64,000 nucleotides of DNA from Octopus vulgaris (Eukaryota): NCBI GenBank assembly GCA_951406725.2, contig OX597829.1, positions 15,872,001 through 15,936,000 on the forward strand. Direction: 5' to 3'. Positions 28,282 through 41,840 of this stretch are shown one piece after another. The notes below the pieces were generated by a model. It saw nothing but the letters and a program-made list of their open reading frames with translations. It made no database searches and was not told where the DNA came from. The translations under genes were made by a program, and so were the position numbers. Position 1 is the stretch's first letter. Each line of letters begins with the position of its first letter.

Positions 28282-28330
<49 letters not shown>

Positions 28331-28334
28331 TACA

Positions 28335-28409
<75 letters not shown>

Positions 28410-28491
28410 TTATATATACATATATACATATATATATATATACATATATACATATATATATATATATACATATACTTATATATATATATCA

Positions 28492-28856
<365 letters not shown>

Positions 28857-29060
28857 GGTCCCGGGTTGATTCGGGGTTAACCACAGTAAATAAGGTACTC
28901 AATACATAGCCGAGTAAAATTAATTTATTATATAGAAGGAGCTCTCGTGGAGCTTTTAGGTGTTTTTCAATAAACACTTACAACGCTTCCGGTCTGGGAA
29001 TCGAAACAGTTCGATCCTGCGACCGCGAGTCCGCTATATAATAAATATATATATATTGCG

Positions 29061-29113
<53 letters not shown>

Positions 29114-29126
29114 ATAAATATATACA

Positions 29127-29659
29127 CTAGCAGAATTGCCCGGCGTTGTTCGGGGCTGAATTGCTTGAAAGTACTGTTAATGATTGCACTGAATTATGAT
29201 GATTATTCCGGCAAATATTGATATAAGTTTACGGCGAATGAATGTTTTTGTAAGTGTATAGAAAGCCGTATAAAGGGGTTCCTACCCCCTCGTAGAATGG
29301 TGTAAGAATTGAATGCGAGGTTGCCTTGAAAAGAGCCATGTTATTGTTATCATAATTGTCAGAATTTGATAGTCGTGGAAGGCGGTGTAAAACGTTCGCA
29401 GGTGAATAGGGTCTCTTTGTTTTCCACGAACGGCAGCGGATGTGATGTTACAAAACTTCATGCTGTGTTAAAAGAGAATGGATGCCCTATGTAGGCAAGA
29501 GGGGAATGAAGCATGGGTAAGTAAATATGGGTAATTTATAAAATATAGAACAATAGCATCTACTCACTATATGTCAGTGATTTGTTGGTGTGTGTTTGCA
29601 AATGTGTTCGAATAAGAAAGTGAATTGTGTTTGGCGCCTTTTTTACTAATAACAAACAC

Positions 29660-29714
<55 letters not shown>

Positions 29715-30206
29715 AGTGTTTATATGTAGTTGCTTGAAACGTTTGTGTTTATCACTGTCGTATATGTATATGTTTGCGTGTCTATGTGTGTGTGTGAGGA
29801 GTAAATCGTTATGTATTTATTTTTTTCTCTGTTTCCTCTCTGTCTTTTTTTTGAGGAGCGGTTTAAGCAATAATAAGAGAAAGTAGCAGAATGTGTGATG
29901 TTGAATAAGAGTGGTAGAAAGAGGATATGAGAGTGGTATACACTTGCAAAGAGAATGTAGCAGAAAGTGTGGTAATAGAAAGATTAAAGCAGTTGAAATG
30001 AGAGAGGCAAATCGTAAAATATTGAGTTTTATCGAATTTTTGCTTAATTGGGGGTCAAATTGAAAAAAATGTATATGCCATGACCCAATCGAATCTACTT
30101 CGAAAAATCATAGCTAAATTCCAATTGAAGAAATTCTATATTGTACAATCGTATAGCAAACGAACATAGTCACAGACAGAGAAAATCTGCCTTTTATCAT
30201 AAGAGA
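29127..30206 (-). mobile_element. Non-autonomous Helitron (Lep1/DINE-like) with internal (GT)n
   Basis: On the minus strand it starts A|TC at 30206 and ends CTAG|T at 29127, with a subterminal hairpin CCCGG...TCGGG (29139-29154); no TSD; lies in a TA-rich tract. Confidence 0.75.
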
Positions 30207-30363
30207 TATATATACATATATTTATACATACATATATATATATATACATATATGCATACATATATGTATACATATATATATATATACATATATGCATACA
30301 TATATGTATACATACATATATACATACATATATATATACATACATTTATATATACATATATAT

Positions 30364-30394
<31 letters not shown>

Positions 30395-30565
30395 CATATT
30401 TATATATAGACATATATATATATACATATATACATACATATATATACATATGAATATATATATAGACATATATATATACATATATATATTCATATATATA
30501 CATATGTATACATATATATATACATATATATACATATATATACATACATACACACATATATATAA

Positions 30566-30597
<32 letters not shown>

Positions 30598-30739
30598 GCA
30601 TATATATATATCATCAGAGAATATGCACGGATACAGAATTTTAAATAAAATCATAAAATTATTCATGATACTAAAAGAATATATTTAAGCTGTTGTAATT
30701 ATATACAAGTATAAAAATTTCATAAATTACGGGATTCCT

Positions 30740-31330
30740 GATGGGAGTAGGTGGAGGTTCACATTATCAACTTGTACTCTTCTCTTTCTCTTTTTCCTTT
30801 TTGTTGACTGTACTCCATTCTCTGTTGCTTCCCCCGTCGCTTGGGTTTCTTCCTCTTTGTCTGGTTCCTCTTCACACACCTCTGTACCATATGGCGACGC
30901 AGGAGGTGGAGGTGCGATTTCCTGAATTACTGCTGGTGCCTTTGCGACAGATGGAGGGCACTCCGCTCTTAGGTGACCTTTCTAGCAACACTTATAACAT
31001 CGGGGCGTCCTGCCTCACCTCGTCGCCACCGTTATGGTGTCGACCAGCTTTTCCAGGTCCTCTGGGGCGGCCTGGATAATCATCTCCAGACACTACTCTT
31101 TCCAATTCCTCTGCGGTATACGTGTGGCTTGGAGGACCATAATCTTCTTCTAACCCTAATAGGATGGCTGTCGCTAGTCAGGCAACATCTCCCTCTAGAG
31201 AGATTTCTTTTACCCTTACCCTGGAAGCACGTCTTCCCAGGTAAATGGACAGAAGAACCACCTGATCTGTCTTGAATGAAGTTATGGAGTGCTGCCTGGT
31301 TGTTGCCTCAGTTGTGTGACTTACTGAGGA
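30740..31330 (-). pseudogene. Isolated Tx1-type ORF1 remnant
   Basis: Minus strand reads GRTPRCYKCC*KGHLRAECPP around 30955-31015, homologous to the GRRPRCYICGSEQHLKKDC knuckle of copy 1. Confidence 0.7.
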
Positions 31331-31658
31331 TTCCCGGTCATTTAACAAAGGTTCATATATTTATGTAGATATATATATGTACATATATTTATGTATAAAT
31401 ATATATATGTATATATTTATGTATTTATATGTATATATGCTTATTATATTTATGTATATATATAGATATATATTTATGTATATATGTATATGTAATAATG
31501 AAATTATTGTATACAGTGCTCAGGTGCACCACAACTTGTCAAAAGTGCGTATAAAATATATGCAGTAATGTACAAATGTCTGGAAATATGTATATATGTA
31601 TATATGTATATATATGTATATATATGTATATATGTATATATATTTATATATATATGTA

Positions 31659-31709
<51 letters not shown>

Positions 31710-31799
31710 ATATATATGTATATATATAAGAAAATTACAAAAAGAAATTTATACGTTTAGCTAGTCCATGAAATATGTACGAATATAACCTGGAAATAT

Positions 31800-32515
31800 C
31801 TCAAAATCTGGTGGGGTAAGATAATTTAAAATGCATAGATTAATTAATTATTATACTGAGAAAAATTTTAAAGTAGAAAAGTACTTATGTCGACATGAGA
31901 TCAAACACTCCGAGATCTTGTTAAGCAATAATTTTTTGTCGGTTCGTAGTATGTCAGTGGTTTTCTTGATGCATAATTTGCAGACTTTTATATGAATATC
32001 ATATGGAGTGGATTCACTCATATTAGACTAGTTAAAGCGTATTTATTATTACTATTTTTTTTAATTTATTGATATAAATGGCCAAGGCCCTTGAAGGTTT
32101 AGATTCCCTATTTACAAACGAGTTTAAATGCGCCCTAAACTTGACTTTGGACTCAGCAATACTTCCTATATATACTTTCTAAGGATCCTTTAAAGTGCTT
32201 ACTTCGCATTTATATACAACGTTTCTATGTAGACACTGACCATTTAAAGAACAAGCATTTCGGGATTGACAATTGCATCTTTTATCCCCGGGACAATCAT
32301 TTTCCTTATTATACTAGCGTTATTATCAACTTTATTTCGCAATTTAAATCTATTATTCGTTGTTATAATCGACCACAGGTTTGGCGTCGTAGTATCGGAT
32401 AATTTCAAAGATGATCTATTGAATATAGAATGATACTTATGTTCTAAGGAGAAGTTCTTATCGATTAACCCGAAAAACATCTTAAGGCGGTTCCTGATCT
32501 GAAGGGAATTGGTTA
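31800..32515 (-). mobile_element. Penelope-like element remnant of a second lineage (linker plus GIY-YIG)
   Basis: FFGLIDKNFSLEHKYHSIFNRSSLKLS...TPNLWSIITTNN, then CSLNGQCLHRNVVYKCEV and VYIG. Confidence 0.8.
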
Positions 32516-32518
32516 TAT

Positions 32519-32554
<36 letters not shown>

Positions 32555-32591
32555 GTATGTATATATATATATATATATTCTTTCTTTCTTT

Positions 32592-32950
32592 TTCTTTTAT
32601 TCTTTTACTTGTTTCAGTCATTTGACTGCGGCCATGCTGGAGCACCGCCTTTAGTCGAGCAAATCGATCCCAGGTCTTATTTTTTGTAAGCCTAGTACTT
32701 ATTCTTCCGGTCTCTTTTGCCGAACACACCAGCATTGGCTGTCAAGCGATGTTGGGGGACAAACACAGACATACACACACACACACATATATATACGACA
32801 GGCTTCTTTCAGTTTCCGTCTACCAAATCCACTCACAAGGCTTTGGTCGGTCCGAGTAGTAGACATTTGCTCATGGTGCGACGCAGTGCGACTGAAACCG
32901 AAACCATGTGGCTTGTAAGCAAGCTACTTACTACACAACCACTCCTGTGG
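32592..32950 (-). mobile_element. Family A SINE
   Basis: Same consensus. Confidence 0.88.
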
Positions 32951-32952
32951 CT

Positions 32953-33008
<56 letters not shown>

Positions 33009-34079
33009 AAAGGAAATGAAGAAAATGCTGACAAATAATTGAAGTAATTTAAGTAATTTAATTAGGTGAAAGTTCTTTTTACCGGTTGCGCATTTGTTAT
33101 GCTTATCAAAATATATATATATATTATTTATTATTTACAAAATTTATTAAAATATTTATTAATTAAAAAAATTGACATCTCTTACAGCTGTCTCAATTCT
33201 AGACCTTCAGAAAATTAATTTATAAAATTAGAAATTATTTGAAAGTCGAATCTTGTCAGCGGTAGTTTAGGATATACAAAATAGGTGTTCAATTGAGTGT
33301 ACGGCTGCAAAGCGTTAAATGGTAAACTTTATGCATAAAGAATACACACTCACACACACACACACACACACAGACCGATAGAATAGGTACTAGGCCTTAA
33401 AAAAACAAGGCGCTGGGGGTCGATTCATTCGACAAAAAAAAGGCGGTGCTACAGCATGGCCCGAGTCCGATGACTGAAACAAGTAAAAATTAAAAGAACG
33501 AAACGATGTGATAAAGAGACAGAAAATATGTTCTTCAAACCAGCCACAAACTAAACATTGGAAACCACTTTCCCACTCACGAAACCCACCACACTCACCA
33601 CCATCCGCCCATCACCACCACTACTACCACCTACCACTTCTACAACCATGACAATAAATAAAAAATTACAGATGCAATCACAGCCGCAAAAGAAAGAAAA
33701 CGGAAAATAAAAGAAATAAGGGGTTCGAAAGAACGTACATCCAACCCCCACCTCATGCACTTCACTGATTTTCGAAAGAGTATCAACGATTTAATTCAAG
33801 TAGTAAATAATAACATCCTCGCTTCTTAAGAGGATTTCTTATTCAGACTCAGATACATTCTAAACACTAAAAACCATTTGTTAGACATAGGAGCTTTTCG
33901 AAGATGCCAAGTTAAAATGCTTTAGAGTGGTGTTTCGTGATCTTCACCTTTCAATTACTGAAAAGACAAGATCAACAGACCTTCTGAAGAACCAAAGTGG
34001 GTAGGTTATTTCTTAATTGGTTTTTCAATCTAAATGACTTCACTCTGAACGCATAGAATATATGTTTGTGCTCTAGGTT

Positions 34080-34940
34080 CGAAAGAAGTTACTTGCTCAT
34101 TGCTCGCAACCTACTAGAGATTCACATTATAACCATTAGAGAGACCAAAATCTCTGGAGCATGTCTATGCACCAATGATTCTGCTTGTCACGATATTTAT
34201 TGCGATTGGGTGGTGTTAGTCCTGGAATCCTTATGTCCCAGGGCATAGGAAATATTCTCGACGATAATTCGATAGTTTTGGATGTCAGCAGCAGCGAAAG
34301 ACGTCGACAGGGATTTCAGAGTAGAATGGAAAAAGAGGACTGTTTAGCGGCCTAGAAGGGTCAATTAGTAAGGATATCACGACCAATATGCCAGTTATGA
34401 GAATAGCACGGGACCATTTCTTTAATGTAACACGTGGGTGCGCTGTCTGACTTTGTGATCGAGCGCTAAAACACGAGGAAAGGAATGTTGTCTGATGGGA
34501 GCGCCAACAAAATTTCAATCTGTTCTTTACCAAAACTGGAAGAGTGAGGGCTTTGTTACGAGCACAAATGCAACTTTCCAGCACGAGGCGTGTGATGGTC
34601 TGAAATAATAGATTTTAAGGAATTTCTCAATGATGTACCCTACCTCTTGAGACGCCAGTTTCTGCCATAAACCGATAACAGCAGTTGAAGTGAAGAAGGC
34701 GCTGACCAGATCCAGATGCATATTGCCCGTTTGAATGATCTGACTTATGTGTTTTACGAATACATCCCAGATTTGTTTAACAATTTCTTGGAAAGTGTCG
34801 AACGTAAACGGCTCCAGAAAAGGAGCATTCCAGGACTATGAGTGGAGAAAGGGTAACGCTGCTGAAAAAAGATGCCAACCATGAGATATCATTGTTAATT
34901 TTCTGCCAATAATGTGCACAGATACCGAGCTTCAAACTCA
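34080..34940 (+). pseudogene. Highly decayed Tx1 ORF2 remnant (APE and RT N-terminus)
   Basis: Patches IHIITIRETKIS, FYEYIPDLF, VTLLKKDAN and NFLPIM align with copy 1 IIAISETRL, LYFHMPDLF, ALIKKDPN and NFRPIT. Confidence 0.7.
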
Positions 34941-35029
34941 CCAACTTGGATTGATTTCAGTCCTCACTACCGTCTTGTATTCCTTTAGAACGGTGCCGAC
35001 CACCTCCATTTCGGTGACACATCAAAACG

Positions 35030-35180
35030 GGAGTGCTGAAAAGTTCGTGACTTTGGCTAAAAGAAAATAGGAAGATCAGCTAATTACGATTTTGTTCAAC
35101 ATATTCCCCTCTCAGATTAACACACTTATTGCAGCAGTCCTTCAGTTTTTCTAAGTGCTGTAAAAGAATTGGGAAGGTAT
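35030..35180 (+). mobile_element. Mariner-like terminal fragment
   Basis: CGGGAGTGCTGAAAAGTTC resembles mariner TIRs of the CGAGGGxxxTGAAAAGT type; no partner end seen. Confidence 0.45.
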
Positions 35181-35220
35181 ATATATATGTGTGTGTATAT
35201 ATATATATATATATATGTAT

Positions 35221-35402
35221 TATGTATTTATGTATGTATGTATGTATGTATGTATGTATGTATGTATGTATGTATGTATGTATGTATGTATGTATATTTA
35301 TGTATGTATGTATTTATGTATGTGTGTTTGTATGTATGTATGTATGCATGTATGTATGTGTGTATGTATGTATGTGTGTATGTATGTATGTATGTATGTA
35401 TG

Positions 35403-35436
<34 letters not shown>

Positions 35437-35562
35437 TGTATGTATGTATGTATGTATGTATGTATATATGTATGTATATGTATGTATGTATTTATGTATG
35501 TATGTATGTATGTATGTATGTATGTATGTATGTATGTATGTATGTATGTAGATGTATGTATA
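35221..35562. repeat. (TATG)n microsatellite
   Basis: Directly visible; similar arrays at 56040-56305 and 60710-60940. Confidence 0.97.
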
Positions 35563-35564
35563 TA

Positions 35565-37123
35565 CGAGGTATTCGGGTCGAATTTGATAGTTTGCATAAA
35601 AGGATGAAAAAAAACAATAAGCCGTCCAAAATTAAAAGTATTTTAAAAACTCAAAAAGTATCAACTAGATAACAATATACTCAAAGTAACACCTTCAGCT
35701 TCCACCACAATCTCAAGGTGGCTGTAGAACCTAGCTCATGCGTCCCTCACTGTGTTCCTGGGAAGATCTTTGAAAAACTCGTTGGCTTTGCCCACCAGCT
35801 TGATCTTCTTTTTCAAGAAGAGCGGTTGGTGTCTTTCTCAGCAGCAACACACACAGTTATCCCTGGGATTGCAAATGGGGCAATTAGAACGCCAGAAATA
35901 GGGGCTGGTGAAGTCGTAGTAATTCTCTGATAACCACTTCTGACTCTTTCTGTGGGCATAGCAGGAAATCGAATTCCACTGCCATACATATGGCCTTCAA
36001 GCAGCAACGCCACTCCAGGTAGGGCTTGATACAACAGCTTCACACAGCCGTCTGAATCCAACCTATGACTTTGTTAAAAGAAGTAGAGTGGCATGATGTC
36101 ACCCTCACTGGAGGCACCCAAAGACAGTTTCGGGGAACTTGGATTTCATGATACATGGGACTTACATGGATTGTAGGTAAGTCACTTGTTGTCTTGGGTG
36201 CTGTACAGAAGTTCTTTTCATCTGAGAACCAAATCTGCCCTGGCACAACATGATGCCTCGGGTTGTTCAGGAGCATCTTTGTCTTCTTTAAGTTGTTCTT
36301 CTTGGCCGCCTTGACTGTCAGAATTTCTCCTTTGCGTCTCTTCTACGAAGAGCCGCGAAGGTCAACATTCAGAGCCAGCTTCATATTGGTGACTTCAACA
36401 CCTATCTCTCACTAAATCCCAGATTTCCTTGTTGGTATTTTCTTTCCACGGATAAACCCTATCTGCCTGACCCTTTACACTTTACATCATGACATTTCTG
36501 TGATACACGATCCCTATTGATCGTTTTTTACTTTTTTTCTTCTTTTCTTTCCTTTTTTTTCTTTCCCTTTTACGAGCTGGCAGAAACGTTAGCACGCCGG
36601 GCGAAATGCTAAGCGGTATTTCGTCTGCCGTTACGTTCTGAGTTCAAATTCCGCCGAGGTCGACTTTGCCTTTCATCTTTTCGGGGTCGATTAAATAAGT
36701 AGCAGTTACGCACTGGGGTCGATATAATCGACTTAATCCGTTTGTCTCTCCTTGTTTGTCCTCTCTGTGTTTAGCCGCTTGTGGGTAGTAATGAAACATG
36801 TATTTTCCATCACCTTGTACTGCAGTTGTTGGGTGAATTCTGGCGTGCAGATGCATTCAGAACGCTTGCACGGCATCGTAGTCTCCGTTGTAACTGCCCA
36901 TGTCGCATCTTACAGCTTTAAGGTGCTCACAAAGCACTGAGCGGTGCGAATCATTGCGATACAGATACTTCTTTTTTTCAGTATTCAGATGGCTTCTTGT
37001 TTTTCCTGTCAGTTAACTTTTTCTCAACGACAAGTTTAATCTTTGACTGTTCACCAATACATCAAATTGTTCCTGAAAACAGGAGACATAAAAAATAACG
37101 TCCAATTTAGCACGGATACCTCG
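35565..37123 (-). mobile_element. Decayed Tc1/mariner-superfamily DNA transposon, interrupted by a SINE
   Basis: Degenerate TIRs: CGAGGTATTCGGGTCGAATTTG (35565) and reverse-complement CGAGGTATCCGTGCTAAATTGG (37123). Transposase patches IWFSDEKNFC, RPYVWQ and a decayed WPPNSPDxNP-like motif. Confidence 0.75.
36573..36797 (+). mobile_element. Family B SINE inserted in the Tc1/mariner element
   Basis: Same consensus. Confidence 0.9.
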
Positions 37124-37414
37124 TGTATAATATATATGATTCAATAACACCTCTTTATTGTTAATCAATCAATTAAATACCTAACCAACTAACTAATCGA
37201 TCATTTGTTTAATGTGTCGGTTAAACCATCAATTGATTGTTTCTTTGTTAAATTCCTTTCGTTGCTGTTCATCATCAGTGACCTCATCAGTGACCTGCGC
37301 TCTCTATCTCTTCAAGGTCTGATTGTTGGCGTAATGGTCCTCCCAAAACACAACATGATTTGTTTCAACACACGAATATTCACATTAAGTATCTTGCAAA
37401 CCAAATACAAAAAC

Positions 37415-37461
<47 letters not shown>

Positions 37462-37496
37462 GCACATATACATATACATATACATATACATATCAA

Positions 37497-37726
37497 GGCG
37501 GCGAGCTGGTAGAATCGTTAGCACACCGGGCGAAATGCGTAACCGTATTTCGTTTGCCGTTACGTTCTGAGTTCAAATTCCGCCGAGGTTGACTTTACCT
37601 TTCATCCTTTCGGGATCGATAGATTAAGTACCAGTTGCGCACTGGGGTCGATGTAATCGACTTAATCTGTTTGTCTGTCCTTATTTGTCCCCTCTGTGTT
37701 TAGCCCCTTGTGGGTAGTAAAGAAAT
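37497..37726 (+). mobile_element. Family B SINE
   Basis: Same consensus. Confidence 0.9.
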
Positions 37727-37834
37727 ATATATATACATATATACATACATATATAAATATATACACACATATATATGTATGTATGTGTATGTATGTATGT
37801 ATGTGTGTATGTGTATGTGTATGTGTGTATGTAT

Positions 37835-38245
37835 CAAACCAGCTCGTTAAGAAAATCTATGTTAGAGACGAAAGCAGTATTTATACTGACAAGTAATGTT
37901 TATCACCACCTCAACGTGGGTGTTCTATAAGAATAGACGATACTTCTGATTTAACCCCCAGGAGAATGCCTCCTCCAGCTGGTTCTTCAGTGCGCTTCAC
38001 ACTCGATATATATTACAAGCAGGGAGAGAACACCTTTGCTATTGTAGCTCTGAGACCACCAGATGCTAGTTGCAAGACCAGTGGTTATGTGACATTGATT
38101 TTCTATATATATTGCAGGCTGGTGTGAACTACTGCTATGTCTAGCAGAGGAGTATCCATCACTGAAGATTACCAAAATGAGGTCGAAATTGCGTGATCTG
38201 ATGGTCTCAGACCTGGAGTCGTAGGGGGTTCTCTTCCCGCTTACA
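37835..38245 (+). mobile_element. Probable Penelope-like 3' end/pLTR with hammerhead motif
   Basis: Weak GIY-YIG C-terminal-like patch (ETKAVFI...HLNVG) upstream of a hammerhead motif at 38156-38204. Confidence 0.55.
38156..38204 (+). ncRNA. Minimal type I hammerhead ribozyme motif
   Basis: CCATCA-CTGAAGA-TT-ACC...GGT-C-GAAA-TTGCGTGA-TC-TGATGG; perfect 6-bp stem I; mismatch at the base of stem II. Confidence 0.7.
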
Positions 38246-38256
38246 ATATATATATC

Positions 38257-38332
<76 letters not shown>

Positions 38333-38520
38333 TAACCAAGAGAAGAGTGGAGATTTATTCACATCCAACACTTTTTTTTATTCAAACGTTTTTTAAAACA
38401 TACATAACACTGACCCAAAAAATGTTTCTACATCAGCGACTGCACATTACTCCGTATGCAATTATGAATCTTAGTCGCTTCAATTTCACCAAGGTTCCAT
38501 CACACACAACCTTTCCAAAG

Positions 38521-38832
38521 TGGAGGCACATGGCCTAGTGGTTAGAGCAGCGGACTCGCGGTCGAGGGACTGCGAGTTCGAATCTTAGACCGGGTGATGT
38601 GTGTGTTTATGAGCGAAACACCTAAGCTCCACGCGGCTCCGGCAGAAGGTGATTGCGAACTTCTGCTGACTCTTTCACCTCAACTTTCTCTCATTCTTTC
38701 CTCCTGCATCTTGCAGCTCACCTGCGACGGACCGACGTCCCGTCCAGGTGGGGAACCTATACGCCAAGAAACCGGGAAACCGGCCCTTATGAGCCAGGCA
38801 TGGCACGAGAAGGAACAAACATAAAAAACAAC
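38521..38832 (+). mobile_element. Family C-related SINE, tail type 3 (V-domain-like)
   Basis: Same head and core, then CCTGCGACGGACCGACGTCCCGTCCAGG...AGAAACCGGGAAACCGGCCC. Confidence 0.8.
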
Positions 38833-39406
38833 AACCTTTCCAAAGTGAACTAATTCTAAAAAGTGTCCTGCGTTTGTATTCAGCTGAAGGTGACAGCGTT
38901 ACTTTTTAATTCCATGGAATTCTGCTCTAATAATTACCTCTGCTGCTATTACAGTTGAAGCGTGGTTTTAAAATATTTATTCAGATTTCAGTTCATTATA
39001 GCAGTTTTGTTTACATTTTGCTGTGTGTCTTTCTATCTGTGTTTGCTTCCCACCACCGCTTGTCAACCGATGTTGGTGTATTTGTGTCCCCATAATTTTG
39101 TGGTTCTGAAAGAGAAATACTGATAGAATAACTACTAAGCTTTAAAAATAAACAAGGCAAAAATTCCTCTCGGGGCGGTGCCCCAATATGAGCAGAGTCC
39201 GATGACTGAAACAAGTAAGAGTTAAAAAGATAAAAGATGTGATAAAGAGACAAAAAACATGTTCTTCAACCCAGCCACGAACGAAACATGGGAGATTATT
39301 TCCCCACTCACCAAACTCACCACCACCCACCCATCACCACTACCACCACCACCACAACCTCTACAACCACTGAAATAAATATATGTATACATAAACGTTT
39401 ATGTAT

Positions 39407-39480
<74 letters not shown>

Positions 39481-39481
<1 letters not shown>

Positions 39482-39783
39482 AAGCGACAGAAGGCTTAAA
39501 TGTTAAAAAATATGTATATTTGAGTCAATATGTCTGAAGAATATTAGAAAATTTTTTTCCCTTATAATGACATAATTTTTAAAGAAAGACCGGTTTCGCA
39601 TTTAGCTTTTCAAATTTCTTGTGACGTTATGAAATTTGAAAAGCTAAATGCAAAACCGGTCTTTCTTTAAAAATTATGTCATTATAAGGGAAAAAATATT
39701 TTTTTTTTTAATTTTCTAATATTCTTCAGACATATTGACGCAAATATATATTTTTTTTAACATTTAAGCCTTCTGTCGTTTTT
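39481..39783. repeat. About 300-bp near-perfect, spacer-less palindrome between (TA)n arrays
   Basis: CGACAGAAGGCTTAAATGTTAAAAAA...TTTTTTAACATTTAAGCCTTCTGTCG, symmetric about 39625/39626. Confidence 0.92.
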
Positions 39784-39841
39784 TCACTCTTTACTATTTT
39801 TTATATATTCACCCACGTGCTTTCACAAACCAACTTTCTTA

Positions 39842-39928
<87 letters not shown>

Positions 39929-39943
39929 GTATATATTTATATA

Positions 39944-39979
<36 letters not shown>

Positions 39980-40346
39980 TGTATGTATGTATGTATATAC
40001 AAATGTTTATGTAGATATATATACACATATATACATATATATATACATATATGTATGTAAAAGATATTCTCGTGAATATTGATATGAATTAATAATTAGA
40101 ACTTCCGAAGAACAAGTACATAGTGCTAAATGACTCGAGGGATGTCACTCTCTGGCGGAATTTGGGTCAGTCGAGTCATCTGGCGCTATATACTTGATCT
40201 TGAGAAGTTCTAATATATGATTTTTATCAGTATTCATCTCATGAAAATAGTTTTTCTTGCATGATATAATGCTTCTGTTCACCAATAAAAACAAAACACG
40301 TCTGAAACAGCTGTAGTGAACCAAATTCAATCTGTTGTTGTTGTTG

Positions 40347-40422
<76 letters not shown>

Positions 40423-40452
40423 TATTGTTATTGTTATTATTATTAATATTAA

Positions 40453-40488
<36 letters not shown>

Positions 40489-40514
40489 CATATATACCTA
40501 CCTACCTACATACA

Positions 40515-40550
<36 letters not shown>

Positions 40551-40604
40551 CATGTATGTATGTATATATGTATATATATATATGCATATATATGTCTGTA
40601 TGTA

Positions 40605-40669
<65 letters not shown>

Positions 40670-40892
40670 CGGAGATGTACTCGCATAGCAAGTAATTTGA
40701 TCTGAGATCGTGTGCTGAAACGAAAACAATTGCAGCGTGGAAGCTGTTTATAAGCCATTTAAGAAACACACAAAAGCCGTTCGATTCACTTCAACATTTA
40801 AGTTTAATTCGTCAAAATACTTTCGTCGCTAAAATCCGCGACCGGTTCACTGACAAAAATCCGTGCTGCATATATATATATATATATATATG

Positions 40893-40991
<99 letters not shown>

Positions 40992-40996
40992 GTATG

Positions 40997-41045
<49 letters not shown>

Positions 41046-41102
41046 GCATGTAGATAAATAAAGAAATGGAGTTTAAACGCAGGTGTTATTCAAATTCTTT
41101 TA

Positions 41103-41197
41103 CTTTCGACATATGTTTCGAAGACAAATAATGTTGTCCAAAAGGAACAGAAGGAATAAAATGGTATAAAACAATGCAATCTTCTCATCAGGGAAAG
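41103..41197 (-). ncRNA. Minimal type I hammerhead ribozyme, inverted twin of 41753-41840
   Basis: Reverse complement reads CTTTCC-CTGATGA-GAAGA...TCTTC-GAAA-CATATG-TC-GAAAG. Confidence 0.7.
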
Positions 41198-41752
41198 AAA
41201 GTAACCAAACACATCCATAAGACATTTTAACAGAATGTAATGACCGCTTATATGATGAAGGAATCGCTAGCAAGTTTTTTTTAAAAAACCGTTAGTTGAT
41301 ACAACATCAAGGTAGTTTATATAAAGAGAAGGTGGAGAAATAAAAAAATTAGCAGAAAACTAATAGCGGAGAGACATAGAGCGAAAGGTGAATTAGAATA
41401 AAGCTTAAAGGCATGGAAGTAGATATATTTAGTGGAAATGAAATGTAAGAAAGAGTCAAAAGTCAAATTTTATAGAATACCTTTAGTTCCTATAAGTGAT
41501 TTCCACTATTCTGTAACATTCGACCTTTGACTGTTTCTTACAATTCACTCCTACTAAATATATCTACTTCCATGCCTTTAAGTTTTATTTTAATTCACCT
41601 ATCGCTCTATATCGCTCCGCTATTAGTTTTCTGTAAATTTCTTTCTTTCTCCTCCTTCTCTTTCTATAAACTACCTTGATTTTCTATCTACTAACGGTTT
41701 TTTTTTCTAACTTTTCTGTTGAAAAGTCTTATTGATATGTTTGGTTTCTTTC

Positions 41753-41840
41753 TTTCTCTGATGAGAAGATTGCATTCTTTTACACCATTTTATTCATTCT
41801 GGAATAATCTCAATGTTGTCTTCGAAACATATGTCGGAAG
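41753..41840 (+). ncRNA. Minimal type I hammerhead ribozyme (PLE type, palindromic stem III)
   Basis: TTTCT-CTGATGA-GAAGA...TCTTC-GAAA-CATATG-TC-GGAAG. Confidence 0.8.

Noticed and set aside
33065-33215. Two hammerhead-like fragments on the minus strand (TGATAA-GCAT...ATGC-GCAA-CCGG-TA and CTGAAGG...GAGA-CAGCTG-TA)
   Set aside because: Both core segments are mutated in each; too degenerate to call, though compatible with PLE debris.
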